IMG/VR virus record: IMGVR_UViG_2609460218_000016 | Location: 1 to 13,586 of that record | DNA: 13,586 nt | Reading direction: 5' to 3' (one strand) | DNA from: a virus | Lineage: Duplodnaviria; Heunggongvirae; Uroviricota; Caudoviricetes | In this document: positions 1-7,427 of the stretch, in pieces | How positions within the stretch are numbered: position 1 is the stretch's first letter | Layout of the letters: the number at the start of each line of letters is the position of its first letter | The notes under the pieces: model-generated | The model's database searches: none | The model's input: only the letters and a program-made list of their open reading frames with translations | Told to the model about the DNA's origin: nothing | Made by a program: the position numbers and the translations under genes

Positions 1-1131
1 TCAAATGACCAGTTTTTTCCATTCCTTACCGCGTGCGTCGTTGTAAATATCGGTCATTTTTTGATTCGAATGGCCTAGCAAAATTTTGGTATCAACCCCC
101 TGCTCTCTTAACAATCGCTCTGATAAAGATCTCTGCTCATGGAAAGAGGGAGGGGTGCCATTAGCACGCCAGTTGTAATCCACAGAATCCCGGGCTTTTT
201 TAAATGCAACGGTTAATGTTGCTGGCTTAACCATCCCGCCGCGCTTAGCTGTCCCTTTCGCGTGATGGTGGTGCAATAGCCACGGACTAAGAACGCAATC
301 GCGGCAGGATGACACCACATCATCCAGGGTGAGATTTAATTTATCGCAACGCAGAGCCAGAGGGATGGCAATCCGGGTTCCTGTTTTTTGCTGTTCGACA
401 TGAAGATAACCATCCCGGATATCCGAAAATTGCATTTTGCAAATATCTGAAAGGCGCTGGCCTGTCATCAGTGCCAGCAGCATACCGCGCTGTAAAAAGT
501 AACCATCCTTTTCCGCTGCGTTATAAATCATCATCCACTCATCAAAAGTCAGTCGCTGTCTTGATATCCGCACCTGCGGTTTTTTTGCCGATTCTGCAGG
601 GTTAAAGCCTGGCGGGACATCGCCCGTTTGCTGAGCTTCCCGGAAAACATCGATCAGTACCTTCCTGAAAATTTGTCCCATTCTGTTATGTCCTCTGGCC
701 TTGTACTCTTCCAGTACTGATACCACATCTTTTACGGTTATGGCATCTAACGGTCTGGTGCCAAAACGTTCATCAAATACCCTGAGAGGGGCCGCTTTCT
801 GTTTCAGCGTGTTGAGTTTGATCTCGCCGTTTTCATATCTTTCCTGTTGAATTTTTCTGTAATTATTCAGAAAAATGGTAACGGTTGATGAACCGCCGGT
901 ATCACTAATAATTTTCTCCTGCAGACTGAGCATTTGTTCCATTTGCTGCCGGGCAAGACGGCTGTTCGCTTCTGCTGCAATAGTTTCTGCCAGTTTCTGG
1001 TCAATACTGCCGAGACCGTGATTTTTGCCTGTTATGGGATGCCTGTAACGCCAGTAAACTTTGTTATTTCTTTTGTCAAAATACGGAGATAATCCCGGAA
1101 CATTGGTTTTATATTTTCGCGGGCGCGCCAT
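1..1131 (-). CDS. int: Phage tyrosine integrase (lambda Int family)
   Basis: 376-aa minus-strand ORF. N-terminus (MARPRKYKTNVPGLSPYF..YWRYRHPITGK..GLG) and C-terminus (HEQRSLSERLL..LLGHSNQKMTDIYNDARGKEWKKLVI) resemble lambda Int. Sits at the prophage end next to an excisionase, with the lambda-like int/xis overlap. Confidence 0.9.
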   Translation of the reverse strand: MARPRKYKTNVPGLSPYFDKRNNKVYWRYRHPITGKNHGLGSIDQKLAETIAAEANSRLARQQMEQMLSLQEKIISDTGGSSTVTIFLNNYRKIQQERYENGEIKLNTLKQKAAPLRVFDERFGTRPLDAITVKDVVSVLEEYKARGHNRMGQIFRKVLIDVFREAQQTGDVPPGFNPAESAKKPQVRISRQRLTFDEWMMIYNAAEKDGYFLQRGMLLALMTGQRLSDICKMQFSDIRDGYLHVEQQKTGTRIAIPLALRCDKLNLTLDDVVSSCRDCVLSPWLLHHHHAKGTAKRGGMVKPATLTVAFKKARDSVDYNWRANGTPPSFHEQRSLSERLLREQGVDTKILLGHSNQKMTDIYNDARGKEWKKLVI

Positions 1132-1357
1132 CTTCCAGTATCCTCTTCAAAGCAGGGTGATCTGTGGCGATCACCTCCGGCTTGTTTACCATTCCGACAA
1201 AGCGAGCTTGCGGATCCACTCGCCAGCGTCTTCCAACTTTTTTGGGGAGAGGAAATATCATTCCGGCTTTAGCGTATTTACTTAACGTACTCGGAGTTGG
1301 GACCGGTTCACTGAATTCCTCTTTTGCCCACTCAGTGAGCAGAATAAGTCTTGCCAT
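1109..1357 (-). CDS. xis: Excisionase (Xis-like)
   Basis: 82-aa ORF directly upstream of int on the same strand, overlapping the int start by 23 nt. The motif GMIFPLPKKVGRRWRV resembles the lambda Xis DNA-binding region. Assignment by position and motif, not a search. Confidence 0.7.
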   Translation of the reverse strand: MARLILLTEWAKEEFSEPVPTPSTLSKYAKAGMIFPLPKKVGRRWRVDPQARFVGMVNKPEVIATDHPALKRILEDGAPAKI

Positions 1358-1421
1358 GAGCGTCGTTCGCTAATCATGGTCGCCGCCACTATAGCTGGTG
1401 GGCAACGACCGGGGTTGAACA

Positions 1422-3893
1422 TTAAAAATCAGCCTGATTCGGGATCAGTTTTTGCCAGATAACTGAAACGTATTTTGCCTGGTAACGGGCGTCATCAAGT
1501 GCATTATGGCGCTCACCTTCGAATGGAATAGCCGTTCTGGCATCGAAGTCTATGGCTTTCCCCAGCTCAACGATTGTGCGTACATCGCGATCGTTGTAGT
1601 AACGCCACGGGCAGGGGATCCCCTGCCGTTCGTATGAACGGCGCAAAATCGTGTTGTCGAAGTTGGCTCCATTTCCCCAAACCTGAACAAAAAATTCACC
1701 GGAGTTTTCGTCGATAAATTCCCGCAATTGTAACAGTGCATCATCTAACGGGATTTCATCGGTCATAATGGCAGATTGCGCTTCGCGTGATTGCTTAAGC
1801 CACCATTTAATGGTGTCCCGATCAATGACTCCGCCAGCAGTTTCCAGATCGATAGTCTTACTAAATTCCGGTCCCATATCTCCGGTTTGCGGATCGAAAA
1901 ATATTGCACCTATTGAGATGATCGGGGCATCAGGATTTTTTCCCATGGTTTCAAGGTCGATCATTAGATGGTCACACGTCCTGCTGGTGGATGTGATTTC
2001 GTGATGACCGTTCACCTTAATTGAGTGATCTGCCGTCTCGCCAGTTTCATTATCGCTATTGTGATGCTGATTGCCGCCAGTGTTCTCCTTGTGTGGATGT
2101 TCAGCGCCTTCCATTTCCTCCAGATCATCTTCCTGAACTTCAACCTGATACTCTTCATCGAATGTTTCCTGGTATGTTGCGTCGCCCATCACCGCGCCAC
2201 AATCAGGGCAGTTGCCGCCGCCGGTCTGACCGCAGGCGGTGCAGACTTTTTCCACTTCCAGTTGCGCCACTGGTTCAGGCTGTTTCGTTTCTGGCTCGTT
2301 TTGTAACGCATTTGTGCTGTTTTGTTCCGCTTTTTGGTAGTTCCGTTCCGATTCATGCTGGTTCTGGTTCACAGAATCGCGGGTCTGGATCCCCTTAACC
2401 CATTTCGGATCATTCGGGTCACTAATCCCTTCAACAAATTCACCACGTGATGCAGCAAGCAACTTATCGGCGTCAGGCTGGCTGATATTGGCTGCCTGCA
2501 TAATTTTGTTTACTTCGTCAGCGGTAACTTTTATCGGCTCTGGTTGTTCTGAATCTTCAGCGGTATCTACATTTTGCGGTAAGCCCGTGTATGTGCCATT
2601 TTTTCGGGCAAAATATTCTTCTTTTGTGATTTCAGTGGCGCCAGCAGCCAGTGCCTTATCCAGACCAGAAAGTTTGTTTGCGCGACCGTATTTTTCTCCG
2701 TCCTTATCTGCGAAGAGGAAATAGAACGGCCCCTCACGCTCTACAGATGGTTCAGCTTCCGGCGCGGTTTCATTTTTTGGGATATCAGATACCTCAGTTT
2801 CCACTGCATCAGTTTGTGTTTCTGATGACTGGAGAACATCAACAGTGCCCAGGTCTGTTTCTTCATTCTCAAACACGCCCTTTGTCGTCAGGTATTCGCA
2901 GATATATTTGTTCAGTGCTATGGGATCTTTGTGAATGTCGATCGGACGCTCACGGACAAGGCCAAAAATAGTCTGGCGGTCGTAGCGAAGGGCATCAGGC
3001 TGTTTGCGCATTGATGCCGAGATACGCTTCCAGTCTTCGCGGTCGTTGTCGATAACTTCTTTTTTTGCCCAGCGATGGATGCTGCCGTCAATGTTTCCGG
3101 CATCCACATCACCAGGCCAGAGAGCGTAGGCCAGTTCGTCATCCAGTGTTTTCCATGTCTGCTTGTATTCGCGATGAATGGCAGCAATGACCGGGCTGAT
3201 TTTTCCTGTTGAATTTTCAGTGTACTGTTGATTGGTTCTGGCGCGGGCGAGATCAACAACAGACGTGTATTTTCCGGTTTCCTTGCGTTCACCTTCGCGA
3301 CGTTTTTTCCAGATGCGCATCTCTGCCTGAATTTCGGGCCATTTAGCACCAGGAATACATTTATGCTTAACCCACCCAATGGCGTGCAACTTAAGCTCCG
3401 GATACATGGCGTTAACTTCTGGCATTTTCATCAACGCTTCAACGATATGTCCGTCGAATGTTGCCATGTCTTCCTGCAACAATTCCTGTGCGCTAATAAC
3501 CATATCAACGGTGATGTTTTCACATGTGTCGAACTTAACCATGACAGCGTTCTGTACTTCAGGGGCCAGCTTGTCAAAAGTGACGTTCATCGGATCGGAT
3601 TCAGTCTCAACCGGGACAAAAGAAGCAGACTCCTCATCCCAGCGGTTTTCCTGCATATATTCAGCATCCCATGAATCGAGGGCAGGGCGGGGTATGCCAG
3701 GTTTATCCTCGCAGACAATAAATTTATAAGCGCAGTCCTGAGCAGCCGGATAATGTTCCAGGAACTGCCAGTGAAATTTTGCTCGAGCACGGCGTTCGTC
3801 GCCAGCTTCAATGGCTGTGGCTACAGCCACAGCGCCTTCTTCCCTTGTTGCCAGTTCGTCAGGAATAGCGGCGCAAATAAAGACTTTACTCAT
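1422..3893 (-). CDS. Prophage exonuclease (exodeoxyribonuclease VIII-like, with C-terminal DnaQ/DEDDh-type 3'-5' exonuclease domain)
   Basis: 823-aa ORF with an SD-like GAGGT upstream of the ATG at 3893. The C-terminal ~190 aa carry DEDDh-like motifs (MIDLETMG, NGANFD, HNALDDARY). A CxxC..CxxC zinc ribbon (CTACGQTGGGNCPDCG) and a long acidic low-complexity linker precede it. It occupies the recombination-gene slot between xis and the immunity region. Confidence 0.8.
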   Translation of the reverse strand: MSKVFICAAIPDELATREEGAVAVATAIEAGDERRARAKFHWQFLEHYPAAQDCAYKFIVCEDKPGIPRPALDSWDAEYMQENRWDEESASFVPVETESDPMNVTFDKLAPEVQNAVMVKFDTCENITVDMVISAQELLQEDMATFDGHIVEALMKMPEVNAMYPELKLHAIGWVKHKCIPGAKWPEIQAEMRIWKKRREGERKETGKYTSVVDLARARTNQQYTENSTGKISPVIAAIHREYKQTWKTLDDELAYALWPGDVDAGNIDGSIHRWAKKEVIDNDREDWKRISASMRKQPDALRYDRQTIFGLVRERPIDIHKDPIALNKYICEYLTTKGVFENEETDLGTVDVLQSSETQTDAVETEVSDIPKNETAPEAEPSVEREGPFYFLFADKDGEKYGRANKLSGLDKALAAGATEITKEEYFARKNGTYTGLPQNVDTAEDSEQPEPIKVTADEVNKIMQAANISQPDADKLLAASRGEFVEGISDPNDPKWVKGIQTRDSVNQNQHESERNYQKAEQNSTNALQNEPETKQPEPVAQLEVEKVCTACGQTGGGNCPDCGAVMGDATYQETFDEEYQVEVQEDDLEEMEGAEHPHKENTGGNQHHNSDNETGETADHSIKVNGHHEITSTSRTCDHLMIDLETMGKNPDAPIISIGAIFFDPQTGDMGPEFSKTIDLETAGGVIDRDTIKWWLKQSREAQSAIMTDEIPLDDALLQLREFIDENSGEFFVQVWGNGANFDNTILRRSYERQGIPCPWRYYNDRDVRTIVELGKAIDFDARTAIPFEGERHNALDDARYQAKYVSVIWQKLIPNQADF

Positions 3894-3986
3894 TTTGTTT
3901 TAACCTCATGACAGATTTAAGGATGAACAAATCCCTGCCATTGCTGGCATATAAGAATGAAACCGGATATTTATTACGGAACTGTT

Positions 3987-4179
3987 TTAAAGACCTGCCG
4001 GGATTTCGATATTATCCTGGTGAATAACTTTATCGACCGGGTAACAGTTACCGGGAATTTTCTGTTCGGTTGCTGCAGTCATACACTCCTGCATTGTCCT
4101 GTGCACACTGACTGCAATATCAACTGGCTCTCCGGAAACAAGNAAAAACTGTCAGAACAAGCACAAATGCTGAATTCAT
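3987..4179 (-). CDS. Hypothetical small protein, frame interrupted at the ambiguous base 4143
   Basis: ATG at 4179..4177 overlaps the stop of the upstream ORF as ATGA. The frame stops after 19 codons unless the N at 4143 (in a T-run on the coding strand) is skipped, which gives about 63 aa (MNSAFVLVLTVF-LVSGEPVDIAVSVHRTMQECMTAATEQKIPGNCYPVDKVIHQDNIEIPAGL). Hydrophobic N-terminus. Weak call. Confidence 0.25.
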
Positions 4180-4364
4180 TGTGCACATCCTTTTGGCATC
4201 AGACGTAAACGAGCCAGCATTGAAACAATGCATATTTTATTTAATAGCTCCCGTTCTTGTTTTCTCTTGTTAATGGCATCTTCAGTAAATACTGGGTTAC
4301 TGATAGTGACACCAATTTCAAAACAACCTTCAGACGTATTAACGTTTGGTAATAACGTTTTCAT
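4176..4364 (-). CDS. Hypothetical small protein (62 aa; ORF extends to 4469 if the first ATG is used)
   Basis: Internal ATG at 4364 has an SD-like GAGGA 7 nt upstream. Its stop overlaps the next minus-strand ATG (ATGA at 4176-4179), suggesting translational coupling. No recognisable domain. Confidence 0.4.
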   Translation of the reverse strand: MKTLLPNVNTSEGCFEIGVTISNPVFTEDAINKRKQERELLNKICIVSMLARLRLMPKGCAQ

Positions 4365-4923
4365 TATCGCGTCCTCAACAATGAATTTTGTGATGCAGTG
4401 CCTGGTGCCTCCAGGTGACGTTAACCAGTTAACAATTAACGCCGGATACAGAGAATCCACCCATAACACTGTTTTTGGTTTTAACTGTTCCGCGTGCGCT
4501 CAGCCGCATTCACCACATCACAAAATTCACTTTAAAAAGGGCGGCAGAGCAGTCACGGAGTAAAACTGATACCGCCAAACGTCACCAGAAAATTGATAAC
4601 AGAGGGCGTTGCAGCGGGGTTGTCACTTAAGCGTATGGTCAACCTGACAACCCGGTGTCCTCAACGGGGGAAGGAATAACCCCGCCATACTTACCGCCGC
4701 ACCATTTCGCGGATTGCCACAACCGGAAGCGCACGGTCGAACTAAATTTAACGACACCGTACAGAGAGACCAATTTCGCCGTGCGCTTTCGCGTTATGCC
4801 CTGACTTTTCAGGGACATATCCTTTCAGTAAACTGTCAGTGCCGGATGTTCACCCGTGTCCGGCGCACGCACTCCACCTGACCCGTGGAGAACTCCTTAA
4901 TTACCAACCCTCAGGAGGGTGAA

Positions 4924-5202
4924 ATGGATAAAAAGCAAATTGAGGCCCTGCAATCTATTATTGAAAAACAAGATGAAGCTATCAGGATTCTTTCATATCG
5001 CACTGATATGATACTAAATATGCTTTCTGCATTAACGGCTGCGCTTGGTGGTACAAAAACAAACGTATACCGCGAAGTTGTTATTCAACAGATAGATAAA
5101 TTTGAAAAAACCATACCAGGTATTAATGCTCATCTTGCAGAACAAGAGAAAGACCATGCTCTTATGGCAATTTCTTCAGTAGCTCTCCCGAAAGTTGAGT
5201 AG
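4924..5202 (+). CDS. Hypothetical protein (92 aa, predicted helical)
   Basis: Strong SD (AGGAGG) 5 nt upstream of the ATG at 4924; the ORF track starts it at 4885. AT-rich codon usage. Convergent with the 133-aa minus-strand ORF and overlaps it by about 40 nt at the 3' ends. Function unknown. Confidence 0.4.
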   Translation: MDKKQIEALQSIIEKQDEAIRILSYRTDMILNMLSALTAALGGTKTNVYREVVIQQIDKFEKTIPGINAHLAEQEKDHALMAISSVALPKVE

Positions 5203-5563
5203 TTTTAATTGTTGTTTTGAAATAATCACTGCTTTCACATTTGAGTGATTTCATGGCAATCCAAATGCGGGCCTCTGTGCCTGCATTTGGTTCCAGTTGC
5301 TGTAGACGTTTTGCGTCTTCCAAAAGTAAGGCGATAATGTGTTTCAGCTTCTCATCATTTGCTTGATTCTTGTTTTCAGGCGAATTCTGTCCGCCGAATA
5401 GGCGCTTCTCTTCATACAGACCTATAAAGGCACGACGCACGTTACCGGATATAGTATCGATGGTTTCTTTTTCTACGGTACTCAGGTCAAGAGTCGCCAG
5501 TTGAGAGCGAACCACATTCGATGCCATTTCCTGGAATGGTACTGGTAAATCTTTAAATTCCAT
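5162..5563 (-). CDS. Hypothetical protein (about 133 aa)
   Basis: Minus-strand ORF with an SD-like GAGGT 5 nt upstream of the ATG at 5563. An alternative ATG at 5575 overlaps the upstream stop (TGATG). Second gene of the leftward operon after the candidate OL. No domain recognised. Confidence 0.55.
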   Translation of the reverse strand: MEFKDLPVPFQEMASNVVRSQLATLDLSTVEKETIDTISGNVRRAFIGLYEEKRLFGGQNSPENKNQANDEKLKHIIALLLEDAKRLQQLEPNAGTEARIWIAMKSLKCESSDYFKTTIKTTQLSGELLKKLP

Positions 5564-5574
5564 CGTCAACCTCA

Positions 5575-5808
5575 TCAGTCAGTGTTTCTGGTTAACCAGC
5601 GACGCGCGCCAGCTTCAGTTTTAAACGTTTTGCTTCTGGTATACGTCATCGCGGTAAACGTGCCGTCCTGGTTGGGGAATACGCCACATACCAGAGATTC
5701 GTTGTTGCCAAGATTGAGCATATCCATGTTGACCTCATTTCCCCTTAACGCCGGGGTAGCGGAACAAAAACCTGCTGCATAGTTATTAAAGTTGAACCCT
5801 GCCGTCAT
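5575..5808 (-). CDS. Hypothetical small protein, first gene leftward of the immunity region (possible Kil-like position)
   Basis: 77-aa ORF, or about 50 aa from the internal ATG at 5727, which has an SD-like GAGGT. Stop is coupled to the next ORF start. It sits just downstream of the candidate OL operator. The C-terminal motif TEAGARRWL is noted, but any Kil assignment is speculative. Confidence 0.45.
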   Translation of the reverse strand: MTAGFNFNNYAAGFCSATPALRGNEVNMDMLNLGNNESLVCGVFPNQDGTFTAMTYTRSKTFKTEAGARRWLTRNTD

Positions 5809-5910
5809 GTTCTTACGCCTCGGGCTGGCTACTTAACCCCTGACCACTGCCTGGTAACTCGAAGTATTGCCCTGCATTCTGTGGGGCGGGGTGGGTTGGT
5901 ATGTTGTTAA

Positions 5911-5926
5911 GGTAACAAGAGTTACC
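5911..5926. promoter_or_regulatory. Candidate OL operator: palindrome GGTAAC-AAGA-GTTACC
   Basis: Perfect GTAAC-N4-GTTAC inverted repeat, the same core as the two palindromes between the repressor and cro-like genes. A TTGACT hexamer lies just upstream on the minus strand. Located between the repressor terminator and the first leftward gene. Confidence 0.4.
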
Positions 5927-5965
5927 TTTCGAGTCAATACAATGTTGCAAAAGGTACATTTGAGG

Positions 5966-5995
5966 GCATAAAAAACCCGCAATGAATGCGGGTTC
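5966..5995 (-). terminator. Rho-independent terminator downstream of the repressor reading frame
   Basis: On the minus strand: 7-bp GC-rich stem (ACCCGCA / TGCGGGT, 5975-5981 and 5987-5993) with a 5-nt loop, followed by TTTTTTAT. It lies immediately after the stop (6002..6000) of the reconstructed repressor C-terminal frame. Confidence 0.55.
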
Positions 5996-5999
5996 TGAC

Positions 6000-6292
6000 T
6001 CAGTCTAAGTATTGATGTATTTGTGAAACTTTACCTTTAATGGTGTAACCACCATTCAGTTCGATGGGTTTGTAAAGCGGATTCAGTGACAACAGATAGA
6101 TGTTTGGTCCGTCAATCGCAACNTTTTTTTAGTGTTACGTTTGGCGTTCCTTCCAATTGGATTAAGATTATTTTTCCCACCAGTTCTCTAATGTTACTTG
6201 AGCATGGTGTGATCAGCACGGTAGATCCGTCGGGGATGGTTGGGAGGCCGTTAGAGTTTGTCATCGCATCTCCCTCAACATGCAATNAAAAA
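6000..6292 (-). other. Out-of-frame continuation encoding the S24 (LexA/CI-type) peptidase-like C-terminal domain of the repressor
   Basis: Skipping the ambiguous bases at 6287 and 6123 (both beside homopolymer runs) joins the repressor ORF to ..NSF-L-LHVEGDAMTNSNGLPTIPDGSTVLITP..GKIILIQLEGTPNVTLKK-VAIDGPNIYLLSLNPLYKPIELNGGYTIKGKVSQIHQYLD*. This aligns by eye with the lambda CI C-terminal domain (FWLEVEGNSM..FTFKKLIRD..LNPQYPMI..GKVI). Stop at 6002..6000. Confidence 0.6.
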
Positions 6293-6775
6293 AGAGTTTT
6301 CAGCGGTTTTTGTCATGACATCAACCCAATTCTTAATACCAGGAATCTCGGTTACTGGACAACTCATATCCCAATAACCAGCCTGTTCCCACGTTAAAAC
6401 GGGCAACCGGGCGATGTTGTCACTAATGTAAGGGTACTGATTCAGACGCAGATCATCGGCTTTATCGTGACCGTCCTTTCCATAAAGAATCCATTCAGGA
6501 GATTTGGAAAGCAATTTTGACAGTAGATACAAATTCTCACCGTCAGGTTTTGAAGAGCCATTTTCCCATTTTGTTACGGATACACGAGATATGCCGATTG
6601 CTTTCGCAACCTGCTGTTGGGTTAATCCAACGTCTTTTCGACGATTCCGAATACGTTCGCTGATAGTGTTTTTCATGTAACCAATGTTACTACCAAGTGA
6701 TGTTGCTATGGTTGACATTGTTATGTAACTATTGTTACCCTTCTGCTCGAAATAACAGGAGAGTTTTATGTTCAA
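6275..6775 (-). CDS. CI-like phage repressor, N-terminal HTH (XRE-family) portion as assembled
   Basis: Helix-turn-helix motif LTQQQVAKAIGISRVSVTKWENG, divergent from a cro-like gene. The true start is more likely the internal ATG at 6718 or 6676 (MKNTISERIRNRRK..), since a start at 6775 would overlap the cro-like start. The frame ends at 6275 just after ..PVLTWEQAGYWD..ENSF, the beginning of an S24 domain. Confidence 0.8.
   Translation of the reverse strand: MNIKLSCYFEQKGNNSYITMSTIATSLGSNIGYMKNTISERIRNRRKDVGLTQQQVAKAIGISRVSVTKWENGSSKPDGENLYLLSKLLSKSPEWILYGKDGHDKADDLRLNQYPYISDNIARLPVLTWEQAGYWDMSCPVTEIPGIKNWVDVMTKTAENSFXIAC
6677..6738. promoter_or_regulatory. Candidate OR operator pair (GTAAC-N4-GTTAC at 6677-6690 and 6725-6738) with a rightward promoter -35 (TTGACA 6712-6717)
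   Basis: Two perfect 14-bp palindromes, GTAACCAATGTTAC and GTAACTATTGTTAC, lie between the divergent repressor and cro-like genes. A consensus TTGACA sits between them. The -10 element is not clear. Confidence 0.45.
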
Positions 6776-6983
6776 AGATGATGTTCTGCGCTATTTCAAA
6801 AAAAAGCGACTAGTAGCTGAGGCTCTTGGAATTTCACATGTGGCTGTTGTGCGGTGGAAAGCAGTTATTCCCAAACTTCGCGCAATGGAACTGGATGAAA
6901 TTACTAACAGTGAATTGAAATACAACCCAGAACTTTACAAGAAGCAGGATAGCACCTCAAACGAAGGAAAGAATGATTCATGA
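6768..6983 (+). CDS. Cro/YdaS-like small HTH regulator
   Basis: 71-aa ORF with SD AGGAG 7 nt upstream, divergent from the repressor. HTH (LVAEALGISHVAVVRWK) followed by the IPKLRAMELDEITNSELKYNPELY pattern typical of YdaS-family proteins. Stop overlaps the next gene start (ATGA). Confidence 0.8.
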   Translation: MFKDDVLRYFKKKRLVAEALGISHVAVVRWKAVIPKLRAMELDEITNSELKYNPELYKKQDSTSNEGKNDS

Positions 6984-7405
6984 AAATCAAGCATGAACAC
7001 ATCCGCATGGCGATGAATGTCTGGGCGCATCCGGACGGCGAAAAAGTACCGGCTGCGAAAATTACCAAAGCGTATTTCGAGCTGGGAATGACGTTCCCGG
7101 AACTGTATGACGACAGCCATCCGGAAGCCCTGGCCCGTAATACCCAGAAAATTTTCCGTTGGCTGGATAAAGACACCCCTGATGCTGTTGAAAAAATGCA
7201 GGCTCTGTTACCGGCGATCGAAAAGGCGATGCCGCCTTTGCTGGTGGCCCGTATGCGTAGCCACAGTTCTGAATATTACCGTGATATCGTCGAACGGAGG
7301 GATCGGCTGGTGAAGGATGTCGATGATTTTGTTGCGTCAGCGGTTGTTTTGTATGACCAGATGAATCGCGGCGGCCCGGCAGGGAATGCTGTGGTGATGC
7401 ACTAA
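6980..7405 (+). CDS. YdaT-like protein (CII-position gene of Rac-like prophages)
   Basis: 141-aa ORF beginning MKIKHEHI and ending ..VVMH, which matches my recollection of the Rac prophage YdaT family. Translationally coupled to the cro-like gene. Confidence 0.75.
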   Translation: MKIKHEHIRMAMNVWAHPDGEKVPAAKITKAYFELGMTFPELYDDSHPEALARNTQKIFRWLDKDTPDAVEKMQALLPAIEKAMPPLLVARMRSHSSEYYRDIVERRDRLVKDVDDFVASAVVLYDQMNRGGPAGNAVVMH

Positions 7406-7427
7406 AAGCACGGTGTTCGGGGGTTTT

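Noticed and set aside
1061-1373. Plus-strand ORFs 1061..1285 and 1164..1373 across the int/xis junction
   Set aside because: Antisense to the excisionase and integrase start. The lambda-like int/xis overlap on the minus strand explains the region.
1768-3729. Several plus-strand ORFs of 78-148 aa inside the exonuclease gene (1768..2004, 2021..2398, 2025..2306, 2488..2724, 2651..2971, 3228..3674, 3379..3729) and minus-strand ORFs in other frames (1550..1744, 2918..3379, 3587..3811)
   Set aside because: All are nested within or antisense to the 823-aa exonuclease frame. They have low-complexity, Cys- or Arg-rich translations and no ribosome-binding sites. Typical shadow ORFs.
3957-4563. Plus-strand ORFs 3957..4208 (83 aa) and 4228..4563 (111 aa)
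   Set aside because: They overlap the minus-strand small genes, which have RBS and ATGA coupling support. The translations are Cys/Phe-rich with no motifs, and the surrounding operon is leftward.
5582-5782. Plus-strand ORF 5582..5782 (66 aa)
   Set aside because: Antisense to the 77-aa leftward ORF, with no RBS and in the wrong orientation for the left operon. The minus-strand ORF is itself only moderately supported.
6086-6397. Plus-strand ORF 6086..6397 (103 aa) containing two ambiguous residues
   Set aside because: It is antisense to the repressor S24 coding region and spans both ambiguous bases. The minus strand gives a coherent CI-like translation.
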